From positions 20,894,001 to 20,958,000 of the forward strand of contig OZ024749.1 in assembly GCA_964016885.1 (NCBI GenBank): a stretch of DNA of 64,000 nt, given 5' to 3'. The translations under genes were made by a program, and so were the position numbers. Source of the stretch: Eledone cirrhosa (taxonomy: Eukaryota). Shown here piece by piece: positions 24,738 through 38,737 of this stretch; the first letter of the stretch is position 1, and every line of letters begins with the position of its first letter. Under the pieces are notes generated by a model. That model was not told where the DNA came from and searched no databases. It worked only from the letters and a program-made list of their open reading frames with translations.

Positions 24738-26593
24738 TATCTTCCTGCTATTTCAAGTGTTAAACTAATATATTTCTTCTGCATACTGTGCCGTTTGTTC
24801 TGTTTATTTCTTTTACATACATACATATATAATGGGACAACTCGTCTAACCCATGCTACCATGGAAAATGGACGATAAACGATGATACACACATATTTAC
24901 TGTATTATCACCACACCACCGTTTGATGTTTATTTTCTTATGTTGGGATGGATTAGAGAAGCTGTCATCTTCTGAGGAGGCTTGGCAGATCAGATGACTG
25001 CATCATCTTGCTCATATACATTCCATTCTACAGCCCGGGGATGTTGATCCAACTGTCTAACACTCCATGGCCATGGTGTGCTTTTGTCATAGCACCATCA
25101 CTTTACAGGGTGAGCCAGCTTAGGATACATAAGCAGTGTTCCACGTGTCACAAAAGGTGGCAGAAATTAACCCTTTCATGACTCCATTTTAATTAATTAA
25201 TGAAGAATTTTGAAGGATTTACTAAAAGTTTTAATTATTTCATTACTAAGATAGTAACTTAATGTAAGGTTCAATAGAAAATTATGTTTGAAGAGTTTAA
25301 TTTAAAACACCTGTCATTCATACGTCAGGACAGAGGAACCAATGTTGAATTATTCCCCCTTGTACCAATAATACTGGTCAAAAAAAGGTCAACGCCACCA
25401 CTTCTGACACCGTTGTAAACAATATTATTTCATTAAGTACAAATATAGCATGAAACCAACAGAAACTCCAGTGTCTCTAGACCCACTAATATGTAGAAAC
25501 ATATGCATTCTCTAAATTAGTGAAAATATCACTACTGGATTGTTGTTTAACCCATGGTCAGAAACACAAACCCTGGTTCATAACAGCATTCATGAATAAC
25601 TTTTTAGGCAGCTTAAAAAAAAAAATCTATGTAAGTTTAATTGACCTCCTAAGGTACATTTCATAATTTTCTTGGGTGTTTTAATGATAGGAGCTCTCAA
25701 GTTTTGTTGTTACAGCTCACATCTATGTAAGTCTAGTTGACCTAGATAGTTGTATTTCAGAGGTTTGAGTGTTTTGATGATAAGGGACCTCCAGCTCCAA
25801 CACTACATATTGTTGTAGCCCAAACCTATGTAGGTGTAGTTGGCCCAAGCTTTCTTGGGGATCCCATTGTTATAAAACAGAATAAAAAAAGATAGAAAGG
25901 GAGGTATGGACCGGGGCTAATGCTTAATCTGCTGTAATTTGAATGCCAAGGTCTCTTCAGGCACCGAAATAACTGTAGGGGTTTCAGCCCCTTCCTATAT
26001 ATATTAGGATAGAATCAGTTTAAAACTAATTAGACCAAGTACTCAATACTTGGGACTAGTAAAGTATGGCTATATTATCAAAGGCTTGGACCTGATGGCT
26101 GAGCTCTTGCTGTTTCAACAGCTAGTTCCAGTCTGTCTCCAATGTCTCTTCAGTCTGCAACTAGCTGTTGAAACGGCAAAAGCTGTCATTGGGTCCTGAA
26201 CTTTTATAACATATTATATATATATACACCACACATGCACTGCTGTATTCCATCTCTTCAGGCAGTGAACTAACTACAAGGGTCTATATATATAGATTTA
26301 AAAGTTAAACAAGGTTCATGAATACATCAAAGAATGAGTTTTACAATAGATTGGAAGCACTCAACAGTAAGGTTTTCCAGAGTTATTAATATTAATTCAA
26401 AATAGATATTCTTGTGATCAAGTATATTTTATTATACATATTTCAGAGGTACTGAAATACTCTCCATTGTTTGTATTATGTTATCTCATGTTCTCAATAT
26501 TAGGGTATAAATATTGAGTTTTGTCATAAGTTAATCACTACCATGACTGAATCTTAACCATCTACTATGTCAGGGTATGTCATGTATCATTTT

Positions 26594-26661
26594 ATTTTAT
26601 CTGATGAGGACGTACTGTTGAACTTAACTCAGTACTTCTGATGAAATATGTATAATAAAAT
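26594..26661 (+). ncRNA. Hammerhead motif, family B, small insertion before GAAA
   Basis: AUUUUAU CUGAUGA GGACGUACUG..CAGUACUUCUGAU GAAA UAUGUA U A AUAAAAU; inverted partial copy at about 26391-26455. Confidence 0.65.
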
Positions 26662-27154
26662 ATAATTGATCACAAGAATATCTATTTTGTTAATATACAT
26701 ATATATATGCTGCTGTACTCCATCACCGAATGCAGGGGTTGATATCTCATCAAGCAGTGAACTGTATTTTGACCCCTTTCCCCATGACACCAGACAGGGG
26801 TGCTGCTGCACCCTGTTGTCGATGTCTCATCAGGCAGTGAACTAACTCCAGAGGTGTTTTCTTTTTAAACAATATTATACAACACCAGCAGCTGTTAATA
26901 TTACTATTGTATATATACAATATGACAAATTGTTATCCTTACACTACTGTTTATAGCAGAGTAGATAATTAAATACTTGGGTTGATATAATCTATATTTC
27001 CCTTTGCCCATCAGTCGATAGACAATTATTTTTGTTTGTATATATCGTTACACCATGTGTTTATCAACGTTTACTCTTGTCTATAATGCTAACTCCCTAC
27101 TCTTCTTTCTATATAACTGCTTTGCCCAGCTCCACGTGCATTGAATAATAAACT

Positions 27155-27157
<3 letters not shown>

Positions 27158-27232
<75 letters not shown>
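27158..27232. repeat. (GT)n microsatellite; other long SSRs: (AGT)n ~2002-2063, (GA)n ~20031-20118, (CA)n ~33413-33460, (TA)n ~35203-35270 and ~52733-52794
   Basis: Read directly from the sequence. Confidence 0.95.
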
Positions 27233-27235
<3 letters not shown>

Positions 27236-29131
27236 GGGGGGGGGGGGGTAAATTATCAATGGACAAACGACAGGGCTATGGGAGCTCAACAGTAGCAGAA
27301 ATAGCGCCAGTGTTGGACAGATATAAAACGAACATACACTAATACACATGTATATAGATCCAGGAAGGCCAACGGCAGCAGAAAATAGCACCACAGTGAT
27401 TGGAACAAGCTAAAACTAACACAAACAGATATCTCCCCCCCCCCCCCCAATGCAGATAACTAAATCGTCCAATAAATCGGGCAAAATAACCCCCCCCCCC
27501 AAGAACCGGACCACACATCTGCAGATATAATACACACACACATACATATGGAAGGTCGGCAGCAGCAGAAATCCTGGCAGGCGTAAAATGACAAAGATAC
27601 ACATCAATGTAAAATGTATGATGACTCGACTGTATGGAAGCTCAGCAGTAGCAGCAAACACCACCACCACCACCACCACCATAACAAACTATATCAATTA
27701 TGTGCATGCAATGACTCAGTGCATCAACTTAATGGGTGAGCTGGATTTAGTAATTAGACAGCGGCCATGCTAGAGCATCACAACCGCCTTAGTACATCGT
27801 CATATCAGCTTCCAACAATCTGCTATTAATTTGATCAAATTCCGTTTGTCGAACTGCTTGGTTACGAGACAACACACACACTGTTCGATCCACCGTTCAA
27901 AGGAAGATTTAGCGTTGCATGGCTAGTACAGTCTATTGAACGGACTTCCAAATAGATTCTATCTACTATAATGACATTTGCTTAAGCTGCCAGGCAATGG
28001 GATGGAATCCGGAAGCAACGGGCAAACTTTTCACTATACATACACTCTACTTTCCCAAGTACTATGCTGAATGTGGTCTTACTAGTCTAACACACACTCT
28101 CTGAAGGTACTTCAGCACAGCTTCCGTCGAACAAATTTTAAAATCGCAGGATGCTGGTTGATTCAGGGACATGGTAAGAATTAGGGGTGAGATTGAACCT
28201 GAAAACACGTGCTTGAAAGTGAACCTTTTTCTTTTAAACTAGTCATGTTCAAATAGCAAGATGTGATGTTTTTAATGAGTATAAAAAGAGGAATGATGGG
28301 GTAGGGATATATATATCTATATATACTATCTCTCTTCTCCCCGGGCAGTAAGCAAATTCCCTGGGAGAGGAATCGAAACCACTTGGCGGGCTTTCGCTAC
28401 TACTGGCGCCACCACCAAAGAAAGAGAGGCAACGACACATTTTCTCATGTATCTCCTCTGTCTTTGTACGTGCGTATATGTGGAGTGAACAAAAGGATTT
28501 CCAGGCGCAGTGAAACCAGAGAAAGACAAAATTTGAAAGGCAGGCAGAGAAGAGAAGAAGGCGACGGTGGCGGCAGTTTTTGTGGAAGAGGGAGGGGGGA
28601 AAATAAACAAAAGAGCCACACAAAGAAGAGAAAGATATAGATTCAACAGAGCGGGGCGAAGAAGGAAGCCTTTAAGTAGCAGCAGCACCACAGCAACCAT
28701 GTGCTCTGGTCGCTCGATCTATTATCTGTGTTAAGGGGACCACAAAGGGGTTGTGTGTGTGTATATATATATCTATACACCAGAGTGGTAGTGATTAAAG
28801 GGGTAGAGTGGAAATGGGACTTGGATAATAACAGGTTTCTATAGACATACATATACACAACAAAGGCACATACAGACTTATATACAGCGTGGTCCAGGCA
28901 GAATAAAGAGGAATGTATGAACCCGTATATTAGCACACTAACACAGTGTGGTTTAAAATAAAGGCGTTTAGGGATAGACTCCATATGCCTATCGTTAATA
29001 AACACATACATATACGAGTCCCAGGTTAAATCGGAGTGAAGGGGGGGGGCCTCGGTTAGTAAAGTACTGGCTTTCTTGATTCCTTTTGAATAAAACAGTC
29101 CTAGTCCTGTAGAAGCCCTTTCTCTCTCTCT

Positions 29132-29181
<50 letters not shown>

Positions 29182-29787
29182 CAGCAAACACAATCTGGGA
29201 AGCAAATATATCATACGCACACGGATTTATCTGAGAAGTACCCAGCTAGTGTGAGTAGGTAACGGTTATGCCCTTTAAAAATAAAACCCTCGTGACGAGG
29301 AGGAAAAAAGTTACAAATAATGCATATATAATACGCCCATGCCCATAAAGTGTTAATAGAGGCAGGAATCTTTCCATAAACCTCGTGGACAGAATTAGAA
29401 CCAACACGCGACAGACGGGCACACACACACAGACAGACTTATAGGTCCTTCTGGCGGAGTCGTAGTGGCACATTCGTGACATCAGACGTGCATTTAGGCA
29501 TTTAAACCTGACAGAACCCATCCTTCTTCAGGTCACACACACACACAGCATTCAAAACACGACTCTGCTGAGTTAGATCTGATCATTCTTGTTAAAAATT
29601 AAATATGAAGTCTTTTTTTTTTTAAATAATGATCCGAATAAGTTTAAAAGAAATGATGTTCCCTAATAATAATAAATATATATATATGTAACTAGAGAAA
29701 GTTAGGCATAACTTCTCATGACAAAATTATAGACACAAAAGGTTCAAACGAAACAAGTATATATATTATTATACGTACCTAAGTACA

Positions 29788-29818
<31 letters not shown>

Positions 29819-29905
29819 TGCTGTGGGAGATCCCGGTAAAGGGAGGGATGGGGAAAAGAAAAGTCCCCAAACGATAAAAACAAACAAAAACAAAAAACAA
29901 CTCAC

Positions 29906-30076
29906 CTTTCTACTGACGGGGAATATTTGTTCAGTGGCGAATTGTACTGGTAAAATTATCTCACTGTGAGGTGTTGGCGGTGGTGGAGCTGGGGCAGGAA
30001 GGGCGGGTAGTGTCTGTACTGGTGGTACATGCAGTGGTGGAGCTTGGTTATAAGTTGGGTACCAACATAAATACAT
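29906..30076 (-). CDS. PTBP1: Probable alternative first coding exon of PTB (57 aa, Pro-rich, MYLCWYPTYNQAPP...FPVSRK)
   Basis: ATG at 30076, open frame to AGA AAG|gtgagt, a strong phase-0 donor. Joining to RGSEEL recreates the KRGS motif. GC/CpG-richer region lies upstream. Confidence 0.7.
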
Positions 30077-30520
30077 CGCAGGACGTTTGGAACCAAAAGA
30101 GATGGGAGGGGGGTGTAATATAACACTTGGCTTTTTTGGCTTTTAAATATATTATATAGACATAGATATTTATACATATATACACATAAGTGTGTATATA
30201 TATTTGTTTGTGTGCCTGTGGGTATATATATTTCAGGGGTGGGGTAGGGGTGTCTTAATATATCAATATATCCGGCGTAGTCGTAGTGACGATGGTGGTG
30301 GTGATAATGGTTGTAGTGGTGGCGGCGTTAGTATTCCGATCATTGTAAAAGCCAGTTGTGTGATGATAACACTAATAATAATAGCTGTGGTGATGTGATG
30401 TAGTCAGTGACAGGTGCCCCGGTATACGGGCGGGCGAACTTGAGCCACCAGAGGCGCTGTTTGTTGTGTTACGTACCACCAGACAGCATAGCATACAACT
30501 GGAGGATAGGCTCGCTCTGT
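30077..30520 (-). promoter_or_regulatory. Putative internal promoter/5'UTR of the alternative PTB first exon
   Basis: CpG-richer than surroundings; GC box GGGCGGGCG (30428-30436); CTCF-like GCCACCAGAGGCGCTG (30444-30459); no convincing acceptor before the ATG. Confidence 0.35.
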
Positions 30521-31645
30521 CAGTGCGTGTGTATGTATGAATGCCTCTCTCCCATACACACACATAACATTGACTGACTTTGTGCGTGTGATAAGAAACA
30601 GAGAAAGTGCGTATGCAGTGTGTGTGTGTGTTTAATGTGTGAGTGTATCTCTTGTCACCAGATCTGTCCCACAGTCAAGTAAAACATTAAAAAAAGCCCT
30701 AGCAAATAACATTTAAAAAAGCGCCACAGCCACCTACAATAATAATAACAACCACTACACACAAGCAACTCTCGTTAGTCTTAGTTTAGTGAACAGCAAG
30801 AGAGGAGGAGAAGGCGAAAGCTGTGGTGGTGGTGGTGTCGTTGACGGGGTGTGGTAGTGATAGTGGTGGTGGGAGAGAGAGAGAAAAGAAATCGACTATG
30901 CCACTGGCTACAATATTGAACAGCAGCAGCTGTAACATTTCTGCTGCTGGCGATGGTGGTGGAGCTGACGTTACCGCTGCTGGTGACGATGGTACACAAT
31001 ACAATTGCTATATTTGCATGGTAGAGAAACCCGACTTTCTCCCACCCTATCTCTCTCTCTCTCTCTCTCTCTCTCCAAGCATACAGAGGCTGCTAACAAC
31101 AACAACAACCACTACCAATGGCCTGCCTATAGATTTTTCAAGTGCTCGCCTATTGAAAAATAGTGACAATGGAGTTTTTAAAGCTGAGAACAAGACGGAA
31201 CCCGTCCTGGAGGAGAAAGAAAAAAACTTGGTTTGGGTGTTAGTCTGAGGATAAGAGTGTGTTTGATAGAAGCAACTGGTGGTGGTGTGATGGTGGTCTA
31301 AGCGATCGGTCAAGCATACCCGATGCCTGACAATAAGCTAAATATCAAAGGGCAACGGTCGTTTCATTTAGCCATGCATCAAAACATTTCATATTTTAAA
31401 TTATATATGTATGTACACACGCATGCACGCAAACAGCCATGTGTATGTATACAAACACACACGCTTGCAGAAAAATATGTAAAAAGGTTAACATTCAAGG
31501 CATCGCATTTCTACACATTTATTGAAAGAAAAGAAAAAAAAGGCGGGAAATAAAAGCAAGAGGGGAAGGAAAGGTACACTAGGTAGACAGAAAGGTGGAG
31601 ATGAACATACACTATATATATAGAGAGAGAGAGTTGTAGGAACAG

Positions 31646-31677
<32 letters not shown>

Positions 31678-32470
31678 GAGAGAGGAGAAAGAGTAAGGAC
31701 AGGCAGATAGAGAGAGAACTATAGATAAATAGATAGACAGAAGTGTTGTCCCATGCGGTAAAGCATTATAAAAACTGTCCACATTCCAGCTTAATATCAC
31801 ACCATGAATAAATAAATAGAGCAAAACATACACACACACACACCATTACACAGAAGGGAGCAGGCGTCAGTGGCGACGATGATCATGGTGGTGACAGCAG
31901 TGATGGTGATGGTGGCAGAAAGAATCAATTACAACAATTAATAATAACTTATTAATGATGTAAACCGATAAAACAATATCGACAGCAATATAACACGGAC
32001 AATACAGAGAGGGGGGAGGAGGGTGGTGGTGATTATTTTAACTTTGGGGGAGGTGAGGAAGAGATAGGGGTGTGGTAATGTGGGTGGATGGATTGAGGCT
32101 GTTCTAGAACAAATATTAATTGCGAAAAGTAGATGTTAATGAAATAATTAACATAATAGAGGGGGGGGGGGCATGAAGCAGTATATTTCAACACCAATTA
32201 TATATATATCACACACATACATACATACATACATAATAGCTGAAATAACTTCACTATCATTAACCAGTGTGTGTGTGTGTACTAAACAAGCTCTCTTCCA
32301 ACAGATTGAGCACAGTTTTCTTTGATCTTTCATCTACGGCTTTCCACCCTTTAAGCCAAGGAAAGTCGAAATGAACAAACAAGGGGATATAGCATGGAAT
32401 ATATTAGTTTCACGCTTGGGGGAAGAAAAATGATTTACATATTCAACATATCGGGCATTTGCCCCATCAT

Positions 32471-32507
<37 letters not shown>

Positions 32508-32745
32508 CATGACTTCATTGTCTGTGTAGATTGAGGTGAGGCGACGGATTACAAAGCAAGAGCAAGGAGTGGTAAGGAGTGGTAAGGTGGGAAGGAGTGG
32601 GTGCCGAGCGAGATCAATGGACAAGTTAGAGCAGTCACCAAACCTTTTCACACTTCGATACCCCTGCATTCGCCGCAGTTTAATGACTAAAACTAGTAAG
32701 AGTGTATATACACACACCGCAGTGCATTATTGGTACTTTATTTTG

Positions 32746-33115
32746 GGGCGGTAGATTAGCAGTATCGGTGGAGGGTCGGACGCCATGCTAGGGTGGGAGA
32801 TTGGCAGTATCGGTGGAGGGTCGGACGCCATGCTAGGGTGGGAGATTGGCAGTATCGGTTGAGGGTCGGACGCCATGCTAGGGTGGGAGATTGGCAGTAT
32901 CGGTTAAGGGTCGGACGCCATGCTAGGGTGGGAGATTGGCAGTATCGGTAGAGGGTCGGACGCCATGCTTTCCAGCATAGTTACGTCCCTTTACGATCTG
33001 AGTTCAAATCCCGCCGAGGTTGACTTTGCCTTTCATCCTTACGGGGTCGATAAAATAAAGTACCAGTAATGCACTGGGTTTTTGCTGGCCTTGTGCCTAA
33101 AGTAGAAACAATTAT
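32746..33115 (+). mobile_element. Family 2 SINE with 5 tandem copies of its 45-bp 5' head
   Basis: GGGTGGGAGATTGGCAGTATCGGTNGAGGGTCGGACGCCATGCTA x5, then a normal SINE body. Confidence 0.85.
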
Positions 33116-33410
33116 TGGTACTTTATTTTATCGACCCCCTCCCTGTAAGGACGAAAGACGAAATTAACCTCAACGGGATTTGAACTCAGAACGTAAACGG
33201 GTGTAACTACATACGATAATACAACGTTAATAAGTTTCAGTCAAGCGAACCGTGGCCAAACTGGGGCAACATATTCAGTGTTCCACGCTATTGCAGGTCT
33301 TATACCAAGTGTGTTCCTAGATACAGCAGCACAGTAACCTTTCATATTTATAGCAGTAACATTTATGGACACCATGAGTCAGTAAACCCAGCATATCAAC
33401 CAATGTCACT

Positions 33411-33462
<52 letters not shown>

Positions 33463-34216
33463 GTGTATGTATGTGTACATATATTAAAAAATGAATGTCA
33501 AACTATATATATATCGTTTGACTTTCGTTTTTCCAGGCTAGCATGGGTTAGACCAGCTGTCCCGTTGTGAGATAATTAGATCTGGTGACAATGTCCCGCT
33601 TATACAGAACTCTTTCTGCGGATGGATGCCCCTCCTAACACCTACCTCCCTCATCTCTCTATATATGCATAGGTGTGTGGGTGGCCTCCGCCAGTAACGA
33701 CGGCGAGCGTTATAGTTGTTCAATTAACGGGACAGCCTGCTCATGAAATCATCGTTTAAGTCACTGAGCACCCTTATATAATTCTCAGGGAGATCCAGCG
33801 TAACAGTGGAACTCCATGTTCTCCAAGCTGAATAGACAGGGGCAATTAGATGTTATATCTAACATCTCAAGTAACCTAACCACCAGCTCCTCTCCCGCCT
33901 ATACTATTCTTGCTGAGATTATCTTCCCTTCTGTATCTGAGGCAAATTTGGTTGCTATATCTAACAGTTTGAGTAACCCACCTAGAAGCTCCTATACCCA
34001 TTGTTCTAGCTGATGGTACTATGTGCATATCTACCTTTTGAGGTACATCTGGCTATTCGGGCTACTATATCCAACATTCTGAGTAACCCACAAAAGCTCA
34101 CATTATAGCCCCCCCCCCCCTGCTAATAGTGAACACATGCGTTACTGATGATGGCGATGTGTGTCTCCGTTACGTCCTCTATATTTTTATCTATTTCATC
34201 TCATATTTCTAATTCC

Positions 34217-34250
34217 ACCTTCTGATGAAGGACTAGTGTCCGAAACGCAA
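34217..34250 (+). ncRNA. Hammerhead motif, family A, cleavage triplet degenerate
   Basis: CUGAUGA a GGAC uagu GUCC GAAAC gca; flanks match the 13.2 and 24.7 kb copies. Confidence 0.6.
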
Positions 34251-35201
34251 AATTTCTCTTCCTACGATATTAAGCGATAAACCAATATATTTCTTCACTA
34301 TATAGTGTTGTTTCCGTTTACCTTTTGCATAGATCTCCACTTTTGAGGAAAATGTGGTCGCTATATCTAACATGTTGAGTGACCGACCCAACCAAAAGCT
34401 TCGCCCCTTCCTATACACATGTATTCTTTTGTAGCTCAGAATCCTCCCTCCACACGTGTTGTGATGGCGGTGGAAGGGTTAGTGAGGACGCCATGTTGGT
34501 TGGAGATGAAGGTTAAAGAGACATTAATATGAGGGAGTGCACTGGTGGCCTGAATGATGGTAGTGGTGGTGTGGCACAGACAAGGCTTGGTTGAGGTGTG
34601 GTATGGTGACGTGTGAGGGCAATTGGCAATAGCAACATATTCCACCCTAACCCCTTACTACCCCCACCATAATCATCAGCACCAGCATCCCGAGCAACCA
34701 TATTTCACCACTACCACCACCGCTACACTACACAAAATGCTACCAATTACAATATCCCCAGCCATCTATGACATTTAAGATAAATTAATCTGTGTGGACC
34801 CCTCCCTCCTTCTCTCCCTACACCACAGTCCCATCTCCTTCCCCGGCGCCCCTGTCGATAGAGCAAAGCAGCACTCAGACATTTTTATATAATTTGGAGA
34901 GAGAGAGAGAGAGATGTGTTGACATTTACCGAGTGTTATTTGCTATAAAGACAAGGCAGGCAATTAACATAGAATCTCGCCACCATACAGCAATGGGCCA
35001 TATAAAATATTAACAGCTAGAGAATGAATATATATATATAGAGAGAGAGAGGACTTAAAGAGAAATACACACACTAAAAAACCCCACGCCATCACTTCAT
35101 ACACACATACATAGAACAAGTCTTTTGGGACATTTTCTACAAACAGACCAGCCTGGAATATATTAGAGCCATTTCCATGTTAAAGAGAAGCAATTATAGT
35201 C

Positions 35202-35274
<73 letters not shown>

Positions 35275-35562
35275 GAATTTATTTGTTATTTTTTCTTCTC
35301 CAAATCATTCTAAAACTGATAAACTTTCCATAATATTATAGAAAGGGGATAAAATGTAAAAAAAAATTCTTTTTAATGTCAATGCGTTTTATATTATTAA
35401 ATAAACATTATTGTACATATAGAAATTAGCTACAATTATTTTTTACAATTTATTTTTCTTCTTCAAGTCATTGTGAATGTTTTTGTACCATTCTAGAAAA
35501 AAGTTGTTTTTTTTAAAATAAGATTAGGTAGGAGGAAAAAAAGGATAGAACAATTACACAAT

Positions 35563-35600
35563 GTCTTAACGTATCCGACATTAGTCCTTCATCGGAAAAG
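35563..35600 (-). ncRNA. Degenerate hammerhead motif, family A
   Basis: CCGAUGA aggac uaau gucg GAUAC guu aagac; two core substitutions. Confidence 0.5.
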
Positions 35601-37464
35601 GGTAGAGTTAGGAAAATGGAAAGCTCGAGATAAAATAAAAGTAAGCAAGTCTGACGTGCGGGAAAGAGTGGTTAAGCAGAGATATTGATGGGGTGTTTGG
35701 GCTTATCATTGGTAAAAAAAAAGAAGTTAATGCCGCCTGTCCAAAGCCCGGAAGCTCATCAAGCTGTGGACCGATTTGGGTGGGGGACTTCATCCATGGC
35801 TTGGTTTCCCACCAACTGCATAGCATCCAAGGTACCCGTAGCCAAATTCATATTGTAGTAAGCATTCAGGCCATGGCTTGGCTTTGAGGATACCTTCGTC
35901 TCTCTCTTTGACCAATTTTGGAGTCCGAAAAAAAAAAAAAAAAAAAGCCACTAACCACTGCTCTTCTGATTAAACAACTAGACGGAGACACGCCCAGAAG
36001 TCCATTCGTCGGATGGACCGTACTTTCATTCAAAGGGGCAGTTTTGAACAACAGACTGAATCTCCATGAGAATTACGCTATGAGCACACGTGTCTGTGGA
36101 ATACTCACTCACCAAACTAAAGACTAGACTGTTCCACAGATCGAGCAATTAGTGTAGCCAAAGTGAAACCCCCTGGAGTAACATTATCGTTAAGACACTG
36201 GTTTTTCTTAAAGATTTTTCAAATCATTTTGAAAATAACCAAAAATTTGAATGGATTTTATTAATATAACTTTCTTGAAACATCTTAGTAAATAATCATA
36301 AATGCAAGTCTTTCGATAAATACCAACACTTTAAAATAAACTGTTTTCCATCACAGTAGTTTGGTGACAAAAGGATTTTACATATAAAAATAACTATGGG
36401 CCGCGCCCCAACCTGTCGACTGGAACACAAAGTATAACGACTATTGATAAATACTTTCGTTGCTATATTTCCAACGAAAGACAATAACCAAGAATTTGGG
36501 ACATAGATATCAACACTTTAAAAAAATATACTCATTTGGAACCCTTTGCTAGCAGGGAAACGTTAAATGAGCGTATATTGATTTAGAAGTGCCAGTTTGA
36601 TAACATGAGGGTTAAAAAAACACAACAAACAAAACAAAATAAAACATGATTGTTCATAATAAGCATTGATTAAACACAGAAAAACAAACGGAAATGTTTC
36701 AAAATGTTTTCAAACGGGGAAAAAATGCAACACTCCTTTGTATGTTTGGTAAAGTTGATAAACAGACACCATCAACAACAGGATATGGCACTTGAGGAGG
36801 GGACATTATATATATCCTAATCTCTAGGACAAACCTGTATACACACACACACAGGTTTGTCCCGGAGATTGGGATCTACTCAGACACTAACAATGTGCAA
36901 TACACTGACAACACAAAACTATACACAAAGTGGTGGGGATGATGGTAGTTGAAGGATTGGCGGCGGTGGTGACACAAAACTATATACATTAAGGTGGTGG
37001 TTGGAGAAAAGAGGTATGTCGGCGGTGACACTAAGACTATACATTAAAGTGGTGGGGATGGTAACAGTGATGGTCGGCTATATATATATATATCTTAAAA
37101 CAGCCTGGGTCCTAATCACACACAAACAAACATATTTGCCACTTCACAAAAGGACGTCGTTTATCCAACTAGCAATATATACATAACACATTTTAAGGTC
37201 ATCGTCCCTAAAGCAGGAGAGAGAGAGGGGTGGGGGGTTAGTTTTATTTAAAATGTAGTCGTCCTGAAGCAGATGACCACAATAACAGCTTTCACACACC
37301 TCCATCTCCAGAGGCACTTTACCCGATTTTTTAAAACTACTATGTCTAGCGATCGACTATTTCTCTAACCATTTGGGTTGGGACGACGACATTTTATATT
37401 CCAACAGAGCCTTATAAGTCAACCGAAGTGTTTCTATACATAATTCGTCTTGTCAAATGTTACT

Positions 37465-37610
37465 TAAAGTGTGGGAGAAGAGTATGTAACACTGAAGGTG
37501 TGGGAGAGGTGTATTGTAATACTGAAGGTGGGGGAGAGGAGTATTTTAATACTGAAGGTGGGGGAGAGGGGTATGTAATACTGGAAGTGTGGGAGAGGGG
37601 TATGTAATAG
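37465..37610. repeat. 30-bp minisatellite, about 5 copies
   Basis: CTGAAGGTGKGGGAGAGGNGTATKTAATA-like units. Confidence 0.75.
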
Positions 37611-38737
37611 ATTGTTGAACAAAATATTGAAATTTATAACCGACACATACTTATGAACCTCATACGTTTTTTGGGGAGCTTTAACGATAGGGACCTCAGT
37701 CCTATTATACACAGTAACGGAAAATGAAGTGCTCAGTCCAAGAATCGAACTCACGATCTTGTGATTGCTTGAGGCCAACACTTAGCCACTAGAGCACATG
37801 CCCTCACAATACATTATAGGTGGAGGTGCCCGGTTTAAAAACTTTGTCAAAGACACACACATTTACAGACGTTTTTAGATATTTTTAGAAGCACCCAATG
37901 TCCCTATCTGTTATAAGAGGCAACTAAAAAAAGGTTGGCATCAAGAAGGGTGTCTGTTTATAAAACACTGACGCCCGCCGCCCAAGTACAGTTTGAGGCG
38001 GTTTTGGTACCAAAATCGAAATTTGTACCAATCAGATAGATCGATGAACTGGAGCACAATTGGGCCTACACCAGTGAACTAGAAATGAACTACGTGGTTT
38101 TTACTGGTTACTCTCTCCAGAAAGAACCGGTTTCCAGCCTATATATATAGAGGGGGGGGGGGGAGTCTCATTACAAGAGTTTGAAACGGCCAAGAGGGAA
38201 ATATTGCACAATGAAGAAAAAAAAAAGGAGAAAAGTCCACGATTATTATACAATGAATTCCATGGCACAACATTTCCTGCAGACAATAAACTGGGGGGGA
38301 CCCCCCCCCCCACAAGGGATCAACAACGTTTTTATAATGGCTCGTGATTTAAGAGAGAGAGAGAGAAGAAAAAAAAAGCCGAAATCTTATATTAGCGGTT
38401 CTCCATCTTTTTCCCAAGGGTCCTCTTTCACTTAACTAAAATTTCCCAGGGAACAGCCCCGTCCCCTTCCAGATTGTCACACACTGATAATAAACCGAAA
38501 GAGAAATATTTATACTCAGAGAACAATGGATATTCAATAGATAAAATGTGTGTGTATAATAATATATATACATATATATTGCGTTTTTAACAAAGTACTT
38601 GAGATTTTCAACTTAGCTTGCGGTCCTCCAATACTACTTTCACAGGACCTATCTGGGAACCATTGCCCTACACACACACACACACACACACACATTATAT
38701 ATATATATATATATATACATACATACATACATACACC

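Noticed and set aside
30781-31313. ORFs of 72-141 aa on both strands
   Set aside because: Low-complexity GGT/CAG/CT repeats with no recognisable domain or convincing splice sites.
32746-32968. Regular 45-bp repeats as a possible CRISPR array
   Set aside because: Head-to-tail repeats with no unique spacers, identical to a SINE head, in a eukaryotic context.
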